A DNA stretch of 64,000 bases from assembly GCA_965207225.1 (NCBI GenBank), contig CBDBLV010000005.1:160001-224000 (forward strand), written 5' to 3'. The notes beneath the pieces are model-generated. The model was given only the letters and a program-made list of their open reading frames with translations, ran no database searches and had not been told where the DNA came from. Numbering within the stretch: position 1 is the first letter of the stretch; each line of letters starts with the position of its first letter. Below, piece after piece: positions 44,912-54,800 of the stretch. Origin of the DNA: Dehalococcoidia bacterium (lineage in GTDB: Bacteria; Chloroflexota; Dehalococcoidia; Plut-88900). The position numbers were made by a program, and so were the translations under genes.

Positions 44912-46489
44912 TTAGGTGGAGGTGCGGCCGCGGCGGAGGGAGCGGCCGGGGAGGGCGCCGGTGTGGTCGCCGTCGGTTACGACTGGTTGCCCGTTGACGA
45001 GGACGTGCTCGATGCCGGTGGGGTACTGGCGGGGGCGGTGTCGGGTGGCGGGGGAGTGGACGGTGGAAGGGTCGAAGACGACGATGTCGGCCTTCATGCC
45101 GTCGCGGAGGATGCCGCGGTCGGGGATGCCGAGTCGGAGGGCGGCGAAGGAGGTCATCTTTCGTATGGCCTCGGCCATAGTGATGAGCTTTTCGTTGCGG
45201 ACGTAGTGGGAGAGGAGGGTCGGGAAGGTGCCGTAGGTGCGGGGGCTGGGGAAGTCGCCGAGGAGGAGGCCGTCGGTGCCGACCATGGTGAGGGGGTGGG
45301 TCATGAAGTCGGGGAGGGTGGTGAGGTTGGGGCCCGGGGTGACGTAGGAGGTCTGCAGGTCTTCGTCGAGGAGGAGGTCGCAGAGGGCGTCGACCTCGCT
45401 CTTGCCGAGGGTGTCGGCTACTTCGGCGACGGACTTGCCCTCAAAGCGCTTGTTGTGGGGGCGCTTGAAGTAGGTGAGCCAGATGTCGCTCCAGGACTGG
45501 CCTCGGGGTCGGACTTCTTGTCGGAGGCGCTCACGGCCCTCGTCGGAGCGGAGGACTTCTTTGAGGCGGGTCGGGCCTCCGTTGTGGGCCCACTGGGGGA
45601 ACATGATGAGGACTCGGGTGCTGCTGTAGGTGTAGGGGAAGCAGTCCATGGTCACGTCCTGGCCGGAGTCGACGGAGCCGTCCACCAGTTCAAGGAGCTG
45701 TCGGGCGCTGCCGGGGTGGGTGATGCGCTGGTAAAAGTGGGTCAGGTGGCAGGGGAGGCCCGCCCGCCGGCCGATCTCCAGGGCCTCCTTGACGGGGTCG
45801 AGGAACCGGTCACCGAGGGTGTTGCGCAGGTGTGTGTGATAGATGCCGCCGAGCCGGGCGACCTCCCGGGAGAGGCTGACCAGTTCGTCGGTGGAGGCGT
45901 AGCTGCCGGGCGGGTAGTCGAGGCCGGTGGAGATGCCGAAGGCGCCCTCCTCCATACCTTCCCGGAGCATGGCGCGCATGTTGGCGACGTCGGCGTCAGT
46001 GGCGGGGGTGTCGTGCCAGCCCATGGCGCAGATGCGGATGGGGGAGTTTCCGATTACGTAGGCGATGTTGACTGCGACCTTGTTGTCGAACATGGAGAGG
46101 TACTGGGCGACGGTGGACCAGGTGCCGGGGAGGGGTGGGGCCCCGTCCAGGCCCGAGTTGAGCTCGATGAAGTCACGGAGGTCGTCGGGGGAGGTGAATG
46201 GCGCATAAGAGTTGCCGTCGACGCCGACGAGCTCGGTGGTGATGCCCTGGCGGACCTTTGGGTGGTGCTCGGGCTCGGCGAGGATGATGAGGCCCGTGTG
46301 GGCGTGCATGTCGATGAAGCCGGGGCAGACGACCTTGCCTGAGGCGTCGATGGTGCGGTGGGCGAGGGTGTCGGAGTAGTCACCGCGGAGGATGCAGACT
46401 TCTTCACCCCGGACGCCTACGCCGGCGTAGAAGCCCGGGTTGCCGGTGCCGTCGACGACGAGGCCGTTCCTGATGAGGGTGTGGAGCAT
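44912..46489 (-). CDS. N-acyl-D-amino-acid deacylase (amidohydrolase)
   Basis: VVDGTG, CPGFIDMHAH, GISTGLDYPPG, PRTYGTFP, ADIVVFDP. Confidence 0.92.
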   Translation of the reverse strand: MLHTLIRNGLVVDGTGNPGFYAGVGVRGEEVCILRGDYSDTLAHRTIDASGKVVCPGFIDMHAHTGLIILAEPEHHPKVRQGITTELVGVDGNSYAPFTSPDDLRDFIELNSGLDGAPPLPGTWSTVAQYLSMFDNKVAVNIAYVIGNSPIRICAMGWHDTPATDADVANMRAMLREGMEEGAFGISTGLDYPPGSYASTDELVSLSREVARLGGIYHTHLRNTLGDRFLDPVKEALEIGRRAGLPCHLTHFYQRITHPGSARQLLELVDGSVDSGQDVTMDCFPYTYSSTRVLIMFPQWAHNGGPTRLKEVLRSDEGRERLRQEVRPRGQSWSDIWLTYFKRPHNKRFEGKSVAEVADTLGKSEVDALCDLLLDEDLQTSYVTPGPNLTTLPDFMTHPLTMVGTDGLLLGDFPSPRTYGTFPTLLSHYVRNEKLITMAEAIRKMTSFAALRLGIPDRGILRDGMKADIVVFDPSTVHSPATRHRPRQYPTGIEHVLVNGQPVVTDGDHTGALPGRSLRRGRTST

Positions 46490-46604
46490 GGGGGGAGGTT
46501 AGCATTTGGGGTGTTCTCCCCTCAACCCCGGAGAAGGGAACCCTCACCCCATCCCGCGGGATGGATTCCCGATCGGGGTCGGGAATGACGAACAGGAAAA
46601 GGCG

Positions 46605-47960
46605 TTATTGGCCCCAGACGCGGGTTTCGGGTTTGAAGGCGGCCCAGGCGAACCAGAAGTGGTTGGCGTGGACTATGGGGGTTAGGGTCTCGTCTTTTAG
46701 GGGGCCGTCGGTGGCGCGGCCGAGGACGTTCCAGGTTGAGCCGGTCTCCTCGTCGGTGAAGGCGCCGGAATCGGGGCGGAAGGTCAGGGTGCGGTCGCCG
46801 AGGCGGCGGTCGAAGACGCCGGTGGCGCCGACGTCCCGAGAGTTGGCTATCGTGCCCCTGTCCAGGGCCGAGGCCGTGCCAGGCGCGTGGAACACCACGA
46901 TAGGAGTTCCTCCGACATCGTCGTTGACGACGGGGGTCTCCTCCAGCCTCAGGAAGGGGTAGGCCACGGTCTCGCCGTTGAGCTCGACGGTGGCGACGCG
47001 CTCGACGGGGCGGAGGCGTCCGTCCTCGGGTCCCTGGAAGAGGAAGGGAGACGAATTGATGTCGTCGTAGCCGGTGTAGGGGTTGCGGCCGTACTGGCGG
47101 GTGAAGCCCGTGTCCCGGGTGAGCACCTGGCCTTCGGGGTAGTTGTCGCGGAAGTCGGCCCAGGAAATGATGGAAGCGGGGACCTGGGGGAGCCGGGCGC
47201 CGGTAAGCTCGCCGACGATGGCCTCGCCGAGGATCTGCTGCCACCAGCTGTCGGTGGCGCGGTCGTACATGATGAGGTCGCTGTAACGGAGGAGGCCGCT
47301 GACGCCGAAGGAGTTTATGGTGTCTCCCATGCGGCGATCGAAGGCGATGGCGGTGTTGCAGAGGGGACAGAAGGTGACGATAACGGGCTCGCCGCCTACG
47401 ACGTCGTTGACGATCTCGTGCCAGGTCATTATCTGAAGGGGGTAGGCGCGGGCGTCACCGCTGATTTCGACGGCGATGACGGGCTCCATATCGCCAAGCC
47501 AATCGATGTCGTCGGAGACGGGGGCGAACTTGGGGTTGTCGATGGAGGGTATCCCGTCACGGACCTGGCCGAGGAGGATTTCGGCGTAGTCGACGGAGTG
47601 CTTGGAGAAATCGGTGCGCCAGGGATTTCGTCCCGTCGGGTCAGAGCGGGCGAAATAGGTTGCCGGGTCGAAGTCCGGGGTGGCGACGGGGGTGGGAGTC
47701 GCCGCGGGCTGGGCGGGACTAGGGGTCAGCAAATCCGGTTGGGGCCAGGGCTGCTCTAAGATTTCGCGGGTGGGCTGTGGATCGGTCTGGCCTGTCGGGG
47801 GAGACCACTCGGATTCCCCGGGGCGGTGGGTGGGGGTGGGGTCACTCTCGCCCTGGGCCTCTCCTGGGGAGGGGGCAGGGGAGTCTCCGCCGCAGGCGGA
47901 GATGACGAGGGTGGCGACTAGGAGGATGGTTATGGGGAGGAGGATTTTGGGGGTTGGCAT
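46605..47960 (-). CDS. DUF3179-domain lipoprotein
   Basis: Lipobox ISAC, DGIPSIDNPKF, RAYP, WHEIVND, TFCPLCNT, FGVSGLL, HFWFAWAAF. Confidence 0.88.
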   Translation of the reverse strand: MPTPKILLPITILLVATLVISACGGDSPAPSPGEAQGESDPTPTHRPGESEWSPPTGQTDPQPTREILEQPWPQPDLLTPSPAQPAATPTPVATPDFDPATYFARSDPTGRNPWRTDFSKHSVDYAEILLGQVRDGIPSIDNPKFAPVSDDIDWLGDMEPVIAVEISGDARAYPLQIMTWHEIVNDVVGGEPVIVTFCPLCNTAIAFDRRMGDTINSFGVSGLLRYSDLIMYDRATDSWWQQILGEAIVGELTGARLPQVPASIISWADFRDNYPEGQVLTRDTGFTRQYGRNPYTGYDDINSSPFLFQGPEDGRLRPVERVATVELNGETVAYPFLRLEETPVVNDDVGGTPIVVFHAPGTASALDRGTIANSRDVGATGVFDRRLGDRTLTFRPDSGAFTDEETGSTWNVLGRATDGPLKDETLTPIVHANHFWFAWAAFKPETRVWGQ

Positions 47961-48010
47961 GGTGTTAGTTGGTTATGGCTGATGCGAGTGTATGAGTATC
48001 CGGGCCACCC

Positions 48011-48089
48011 CCCGTTCGACCCTTCGAGTGGCCTCAGGGTGAGCGGCCCCACCCCGGGGGATGGATTCTCGACAGGAGTCGAGAATGGC
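48011..48089 (+). repeat. Repeat families C + B (B with compensatory changes)
   Basis: CCCTTCGAGTGGCCTCAGGGTGAGCGG; GGATTCTCGACAGGAGTCGAGAATGG. Confidence 0.8.
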
Positions 48090-48100
48090 GAGCAGAGGCA

Positions 48101-48712
48101 TTAGTTTTCGATGGCGAGGAGGGCTCGGTCGCGGATGCCTTCGTGGGTGTCGAAGCCGAGCTTTCGGTCGACGATTATGCCGTCTATGTCGATGTAGTAG
48201 GTGGTGGGCATGGCTAGGACCTGGTAGGCCTTGACGATCTGGTCGTCCCTGGGGAGGTATAGGAGGGGGTAGGTGACGCCGCGGGCAAGGGCAAACGGCT
48301 CCCCCTGGGCTACGGTCTCCTGGTTGTTGATGCCGAGGATGACTAGGTCGTCGCTGAACTCCTGTCCGACGGCCTCGAGGTCGGGCATCTCTTCGAGGCA
48401 GAAGTTGCACCAGCTGGCCCAGAAGTTGACGACGACGGCCTTTTCGCCGAGGAACTCGGAAAGGCTGACGACTTTGCCTGCGGAGTCGGTGAGCATGAAG
48501 TTGGGTGCGGCGTCTCCAACGTCGGTGCCGACCTCGCCCTGACCGGTATTGTCGGCGACGCCGAGCATGACCATTGAACCCTCTTCGGTCATTACCTCGG
48601 TGCCTCCGGCGAAGGGGTTGGTAAGCGCAATGACTATGGCGGCGACGCCGGCAAGGCCGATGGTGAAGATTATTCTCTTCTGGAGGAGTGAAAGGGCCTT
48701 GATGTCCCACAT
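48101..48712 (-). CDS. TlpA/ResA-family thiol-disulfide oxidoreductase
   Basis: APNFML, VNFWASWCNFCLEEMP, MPTTYYID; N-terminal TM segment. Confidence 0.9.
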   Translation of the reverse strand: MWDIKALSLLQKRIIFTIGLAGVAAIVIALTNPFAGGTEVMTEEGSMVMLGVADNTGQGEVGTDVGDAAPNFMLTDSAGKVVSLSEFLGEKAVVVNFWASWCNFCLEEMPDLEAVGQEFSDDLVILGINNQETVAQGEPFALARGVTYPLLYLPRDDQIVKAYQVLAMPTTYYIDIDGIIVDRKLGFDTHEGIRDRALLAIEN

Positions 48713-48799
48713 ATCTCTACGTCAATGATAACGCACCACGGGGGGTGGGGTTAGGGGGAGCCATTTGAGGGTGTGATTTTTTGATGCTACGATGTTGCA

Positions 48800-49030
48800 A
48801 TGCGAACTACGGGGACCATAGATGACGACGTATTGTCGGTGGCGAGGGCGCTGGCGCAGCAGCAGAAGATCAGTCTGGGGAGCGCGGTGTCGGAGCTGGT
48901 GCGTCGGGGGTTTAGGGGTGGTGGAAGGACAGTAGCTGAACGGGATGACATACCCTTTTTCCCAATAGATCCGGACGCCAAATCTTTCACCAGTGAGGAT
49001 GTGTACTGAGCATTGAGTGACAGGCCTTGA
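48800..49030 (+). pseudogene. Orphan VapB-like antitoxin, probably with a premature stop
   Basis: MRTTGTIDDDVL...SLGSAVSELVRRG; TGA at 49007-49009 followed in frame by ALSDRP-stop; no toxin gene follows. Confidence 0.6.
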
Positions 49031-49155
49031 ATCTGTAAGTATGGCAAAGAAGCTCGACATCCAAGTCTCTTACTGTAAGGAATCCGGGGTGTGGGGAGGG
49101 GTGGTGTGAGCAGAACATCTTGAACAGGTATTTACTTTAGGAGACACTTCTTGCG

Positions 49156-49767
49156 ATGCCCATAGTGCGAAACATGGTTCAGATGGACAACTTCAATAAA
49201 GATTTGGTGTTGCCATATGAACTTCGTATACAGGACTTCGAACTTGCTATGCAGGACGTGTACGACTTCTTCTACGATGTCAATGCCCATCTCACTGGTA
49301 AAGGACTGCAAAGACTGGACGATATGCTGCGACCCGCAATTATGTCCGGCGTTTTGTCGGATATGTTGACCGCCAGTATGGCCCAACACTCGCGAGTCCT
49401 TACCGAAAATCGTTACCACAACGGGCATCCCGATCTGGTCGTTCAAGGCGTACATCCCGGCAATGCCGTCAAAGCTGGTTCGCGCGGTGTGGAGGTTAAG
49501 ACTACCCGCAAGGCTGGGGGCGCCGTGGATACTCACGGCGCCCGCGACCAATGGTTATGCGTCTTCGTATATCAGGTGGATACTAAGTCTGAACCCGCAC
49601 TCGACCGTAACCCCATGACCTTTACCGAAGTCTATCTTGGACACGTGACCGTGGATGATTTTCGGAAAAATCCCAGGGGCGATCTTGGGACGCGCACCGC
49701 AACCCTTCACAAGGACGGGATTCGTCGTTTGCGCGAATGCTGGGTCTATAAGGCTGCAGCGGCTTGA
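49156..49767 (+). CDS. Putative type II restriction endonuclease (PD-(D/E)xK)
   Basis: HPDL...VEVK motif; convergent with and overlapping a DNA methyltransferase gene. Confidence 0.7.
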   Translation: MPIVRNMVQMDNFNKDLVLPYELRIQDFELAMQDVYDFFYDVNAHLTGKGLQRLDDMLRPAIMSGVLSDMLTASMAQHSRVLTENRYHNGHPDLVVQGVHPGNAVKAGSRGVEVKTTRKAGGAVDTHGARDQWLCVFVYQVDTKSEPALDRNPMTFTEVYLGHVTVDDFRKNPRGDLGTRTATLHKDGIRRLRECWVYKAAAA

Positions 49768-50903
49768 TCTGTTGAGATCCGGGCAAGTTTAGGAATGCCA
49801 TTGCGCGCCATTTCGAAATACGTAGCGTCTTTTTCGACACCGATGCTTGCATAGCCCAGAGACTCGGCGGCGGCCAATGTAGATCCTGCACCTGCGAATG
49901 GATCCAGCACGACACCCTCCCCGATTGGCAATACCGAGCGCACCAGCTGCCTTAGAAAAGCCTGGGGCTTGAGACTCGGGTGGGAGGCCAATTCTCGCTC
50001 TGTCTTCCTTGTTGGCGAAGAACGGATAACATCCCCAAACGGGCGTTCGTTGCATGGACGACGGAATCCCCCGGTCTTCCACCTCCTTAGGTTGTCCTGC
50101 ACTCTTCCTTCTATGGGTTTTCGAAACACAATCCACGGCTCCCACATTGAACGAGGCATCACACTAACGTCCGGGAATTCATCCTGAGCCGCCTTGGGCC
50201 GGTCTCCTCCCCTTAGAGTCATCGTTAGTCTCGCTATCTCTCCGCGTCGTTCGAAGCCTGCATCCGCCAATGCACCTGACACTAGATATGAGACCAACGG
50301 GTTGGACGCTACGACTACATTAGCCCCTGGGACCACCTTAGGTATGAGTAGCCGACCCCAGACGAAGAAAAATGCCTTGATTTCGTCCAGTTGATCGGGA
50401 GTGAGAGTCGTAAAGCGTGGAAGCGGAGACCTCCGATGCCCGTCAAAGGACGGCGGAATGCGCCAAACGCCGCCCTTTCCCTCTCGTAATTTGGTTTGTT
50501 GTTCTCTCGTGTATTCGTGAAGCCCATAAGGAGGGTCGGTAACTACCCCATGAAAGCTGTTATCGTCCTGTTGGCTTAGCCAGTCGAAACAATCTGAGTG
50601 GTAAAGTGTGGCCCGCCCGAATTTGAACGGAGACTTCCATTCCCTGTTCAGACGAAGCTCGCTTTGCATGCCCAGCGCAGCTGCCGACCGAAGGGTGTAC
50701 ACACCCCTTTCCTCTCGTATGAAAGTTGCCGGCGTATTTAGCCTCAGATAAGATCGGATGGACGAGCCTCGGATTGGCCCTACGACCTGCGATACCCGCT
50801 CCTCTATCTCCTTGACGGTAAGCTGTTTAGAAGTGAGGGACATCACCTGCATAATCCCGTCTCTCACTCTTCCCGGGGCGTACCTCTCGCGATTTTCTGC
50901 CAT
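49746..50903 (-). CDS. Amino-methyltransferase (N6A/N4C, beta class) with an N-terminal HTH-like extension
   Basis: VTDPPYG precedes HPSLKP and VLDPFAGAGST; N-terminal LTVKEIEE..SSIRSYL winged-helix-like segment. Confidence 0.9.
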   Translation of the reverse strand: MAENRERYAPGRVRDGIMQVMSLTSKQLTVKEIEERVSQVVGPIRGSSIRSYLRLNTPATFIREERGVYTLRSAAALGMQSELRLNREWKSPFKFGRATLYHSDCFDWLSQQDDNSFHGVVTDPPYGLHEYTREQQTKLREGKGGVWRIPPSFDGHRRSPLPRFTTLTPDQLDEIKAFFFVWGRLLIPKVVPGANVVVASNPLVSYLVSGALADAGFERRGEIARLTMTLRGGDRPKAAQDEFPDVSVMPRSMWEPWIVFRKPIEGRVQDNLRRWKTGGFRRPCNERPFGDVIRSSPTRKTERELASHPSLKPQAFLRQLVRSVLPIGEGVVLDPFAGAGSTLAAAESLGYASIGVEKDATYFEMARNGIPKLARISTDQAAAAL

Positions 50904-50911
50904 AGCGATTT

Positions 50912-50947
50912 CTATATTAGACGTCTGGACGTCGTGAGTCAATATAG
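50912..50947 (-). promoter_or_regulatory. Methyltransferase promoter with palindromic operator features
   Basis: Minus strand TTGACT (50942-50937), 17 bp, TAATAT (50919-50914). The spacer holds GACGTC twice; CTATATT/AATATAG form an inverted repeat. Confidence 0.65.
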
Positions 50948-51047
50948 GAGGAAATGACGTGGGGCGTCGGGTGAGATATAATGTCTTTCGCTTTTGGAGG
51001 ACGGCGCTGGCCGTTACCGGCATGAACAGAAAGGGGGTGAAGTAAGG

Positions 51048-51326
51048 ATGGCCAAGAAGCTGAACATCGAGGTCGAATACTGCACTCTTTGAAACTACCT
51101 CCCCGAAGCCGTCAGTCTGACGGAAGAGGTGATGAGGGAATACGACTACGACATCGCTACCTTCAACATCATCACTGCCTCTCAGGGCAAGTTCGAGGTG
51201 AGGATCGACGGTGAGACGGTCCACTCCAAGCTGGAGACGGGCCGGTTCCCGAGCAACGAAGAGATTAAAGAGGCGATAAAGGCCCGGCTGCCCGAGGAGG
51301 CGACTCCCTCGCTGTTCGGGTCCTAA
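51048..51326 (+). CDS. SelT/SelW/SelH (Rdx) family selenoprotein, CxxU
   Basis: MAKKLNIEVEYCTL-UGA(51090-51092)-NYLPEAVSL...GKFEV...HSKLETGRFP; hairpin immediately 3' of the UGA. Confidence 0.88.
51098..51130 (+). promoter_or_regulatory. Bacterial SECIS-like hairpin
   Basis: ACCTC...CCGTC-AGTCT-GACGG..GAGGT directly downstream of the in-frame UGA. Confidence 0.7.
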
Positions 51327-51350
51327 GAGTTTAAGAACAAACACGATATA

Positions 51351-51629
51351 GGCGAAGACGGAGACGAGTAGGGGCACGAAAGCTGCGGTCAGCGAGCCTG
51401 GACCGGTGAGAGCAGGCCCGGAGCCCGGCCCCGAAAATCCCTCCCGAGCCGCCACCCGAAACCTGATACCGGGGAGGTAGGCGTGGCCGGAGTCGCTCCC
51501 CGTTACAGGGGCGAGGGCATCGGCCTTGTAATATGGGGTCCGTGCTTTAATGAGAAGGTCCGCTTCGGGCGGACAATTAGGGTGGTACCGCGGGTTGGAA
51601 CCCGTCCCTGTGAAGGGGGCGGGTTTTTT
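51351..51629 (+). promoter_or_regulatory. Ile T-box riboswitch
   Basis: AGTA, AGCGA and GGTGAGA stem I motifs; specifier AUC at 51437-51439; T-box AGGGTGGTACCGCG at 51579-51592; terminator 51599-51629. Confidence 0.93.
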
Positions 51630-51675
51630 GTTGGGGTGCGTGGGGATGAGGGGCGTGGGTGGGGCAACATGCCTT

Positions 51676-51765
51676 TCACCCTCACCCCAGCCCTCTCCCA
51701 TCAAGGAAGAGGGGGTAGGACACCCCTTCGACCCCGCGGGAGGGCGACCAGCGGGTCACCCCTAC
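51676..51765 (+). repeat. Repeat families D + E between the T-box and ileS
   Basis: CACCCTCACCCCAGCCCTCTCCC; GGGCGACCAGCGGGTCACCCCTAC. Confidence 0.8.
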
Positions 51766-51820
51766 GGGAGGGGGGACGACAACAGGGAATTGAGTAGAGA
51801 AATAAGGTTTAAGTAAGGCG

Positions 51821-54800
51821 ATGAACGAGAAGATGTTTGAACCGGTATCGAGCAAGGTTAGTTTTCCGGAACTGGAGACGCGGGTGCTGGAGTTCTGGAA
51901 GGAGCGTGATATTGCGACCCGGTCGGTGGAGGAGCGTCGGGACAGGCCGCTGTACGTGATGTACGAAGGACCCCCAACGGCCAACGCGGGCCCCGGGATT
52001 CACCACGTCCTGTCACGGGTGTTCAAGGACATCATGCCCCGCTACAAGACTATGAAGGGTTTCTGCGCGCCCCGGAAGGCGGGCTGGGACACCCACGGGC
52101 TGCCGGTGGAGCTGGAGGTCGAGAAGAGTCTCGGGATCACGCAGAAGGCTCAAATTGAGGAGCACGGGATACGGGAGTTCAACGCCGCCTGCAAGCAGAA
52201 CGTGATGCGCTACGTCAAGGAGTGGGAAGACCTGACCGACCGCATTGGGTTCTGGATCGACATGAACGACCCCTACGTCACCTTCGAGAACTCGTACATC
52301 GAGTCGATGTGGTGGATTCTGAAGCAGCTGTGGGATCGGGGCCTGATCCACGAGGCGTACAAGTCGATCTGGCACTGTCCCCGATGCGTGACCTCGCTGA
52401 GCGACCACGAGGTGGCCCAGGGCTACAACGACCAGACGAAGGACGTGGCTATCTTCGTGAAGTTCCGCGTCGATCTGGAGGAGGACGACTACAGCAATGA
52501 TGCCCGCAAGCTGATAGGCGGGTCTCACCTCCCGACCTACATCCTCGCCTGGACCACGACCCCCTGGACCCTTCCCGGCAACACGGCCCTCGCCATAGAC
52601 CCCGAAGCGGACTACGCAGTTGTAGAGGACAAGGCGGATGGGTCGATACCCGAGAGGCTGATCATGGCCGAGGCCCTGGTGAGCAAGCTGCTGCCGCCGG
52701 GCTACGATACGGTCGGGACGGTGAAGGGGAGCGACCTGGTCGGCATGGGGTACAAGTCGCTGTACAACCCGGTGGCGTACAAGGTGCCGGGAATCGGGAA
52801 GTTTGCGGAGGGTCGGGTGCAGAGGGGGGCGAGCTATCAGCCGGGACAGACGGCGACGTTCCACGTGGTCGGGGGGGACTTCGTGAGCTTGGATGAGGGG
52901 ACGGGGGTAGTGCACATAGCACCGGCCTTCGGTGAAGACGACTTCAAGATAGGGGCGTCGGAGGAGCTGTACTTCGTGCAGCACATCGATTTGCAGGGCA
53001 ACATGATCGGGAACTTCCCCTTCGCGGGCAAATTCGTGAAGGATGCAGATTCGGACATCATCGACGACCTGACGGCCCGAGAGCTGCTGTTCAGGCACAC
53101 CCAGATCGTCCACACCTATCCGTTCTGCTGGCGGTGCAGTTCGCCGCTGGTGTACTACGCCAAGAGCTCCTGGTACATCAACACCACGGCGATCAAGGAC
53201 ACCCTGCTGGACAACAACGATAAGGTGAACTGGTATCCGGGCCACATCAAGTGGGGCCGGTTCGGGGAGTGGCTGCGGAACGTGCAGGACTGGGCCATCT
53301 CCCGGGAGCGGTACTGGGGCACACCGATACCCTTCTGGCAGTGCGACTCCTGTGAGAAGTACGAGTGCGTCGGATCCATAGAAGAACTGCGGGACAAGAA
53401 AAACGTGCGCGGGGTTCCGGAGCCCCTGGACCTACACCGGCCTTACGTCGACGAGATCTTTTATGAGTGCGGCGACTGCGGCGGAACCATGTCCAGAATC
53501 CTGGAGGTGATGGATGTCTGGTTCGACTCGGGGGCGATGCCCATAGCGCAGTGGCACTACCCGTTCGAGAACAACGGGATGAAGGAAGATGGTCGGTTCC
53601 CGGCGGACTACATCTGTGAGGCCGTCGACCAGACCCGGGGCTGGTTCTACAGCCTGCACGCTGTGTCATCGCTGGTGTTTGGGGAACCGTGCTACCGGAA
53701 CGTCATCTGCCTGGGCCACATCCTGGACGAGGCCGGGGAGAAGATGAGCAAGTCCAAGGGGAACGTGGTGCAACCGTGGTCCGTCCTCGATGCCCAGGGC
53801 GCCGACGCCCTGCGCTGGTACCTGTATACGGCGTCGCCGCCGGGGAACCCGCGCCGGTTCTCGGGGGAGCTGGTACAGGAAGCGATCCGGAAGTTCATGC
53901 TGACACTCTGGAACACCTACTCCTTCTTCGTGACCTACGCCAACATCGATGGGTACCGGCCGAATGGCACGGGAAATGGGGCGAAGGCGTCGGGGCTGGA
54001 CCGGTGGATAGAGTCGGAGCTGAACCGGCTCGTCAAGGACGTGACGGAGTCGTTGGACAACTACGACCCAACGAACGCGGGCCGCAGGATCGAGGCATTC
54101 GTGGACGTGCTGTCCAACTGGTACGTGCGTCGGAGCCGTCGGCGCTTCTGGAAGAGCGAGAATGACGATGAGAAGCAGTCTGCGTACGACACGCTGTACG
54201 GCTGCCTTGTGACGTTGTCCAAGCTCATTGCTCCCTTCACGCCGTTCCTGGCCGAAGAACTGTACCGGAACCTGGTGTCGACGGTTGATGACTCTGCGCC
54301 GGAAAGCGTTCACCTGACCGAGTTCCCGGAGGCCGATGAGTCGCTGATAGACCCGGCGCTAAACGACGAGGCCCGTCTGGCGATGAAGATAAGCAGCCTG
54401 GGTCGGGCGGCGAGGAGCAAGGCGGCGATCAAAGTGCGGCAGCCGTTGGCGTCGGTGAAGGTGGTGGTGCGGGGCGAGGGGGAGAGGGAGGCCCTGCGGC
54501 GCAGCTTTGGCGAGGTGAGCGAGGAGCTTAACGTGAAGACATTGGAATTCATGGAGTCGGCATCGGAGGTGTATGACTACAAGGTATCGGCGAACACGCC
54601 GTTGCTCGGGCCCAAGTACGGGAAGGATACGCCGAAGATCGTCAAAGGACTTACGGCAATGGACCCCGGCGAGGTGGCGAGGGTTGTGCAGTCGGGCGGA
54701 AGCATCGAGGTGTCGGGATTTACGCTGGCGCCCGAAGAGGTGAACCTGGAGGCGGTGGAGAAGGAAGGGGTGTCGGTGGCGGCGGAGGGAGACTACGTGG

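Noticed and set aside
18473-46342. Many long antisense or alternative-frame ORFs (e.g. 18473-19654, 28785-29942, 36539-37795, 39216-40715, 44963-46342)
   Set aside because: Shadows of well-supported genes, caused by high GC and skewed codon usage; no motifs.
46605-48712. Further selenoproteins in DUF3179 and TlpA
   Set aside because: Both have ordinary Cys motifs (CPLC, CNFC) and no in-frame UGA.
50904-51704. N-terminal extension of the 652-aa ORF 49746-51704
   Set aside because: It is the antisense of the Rdx gene and T-box. The methyltransferase plausibly starts at ATG 50903 behind its own promoter.
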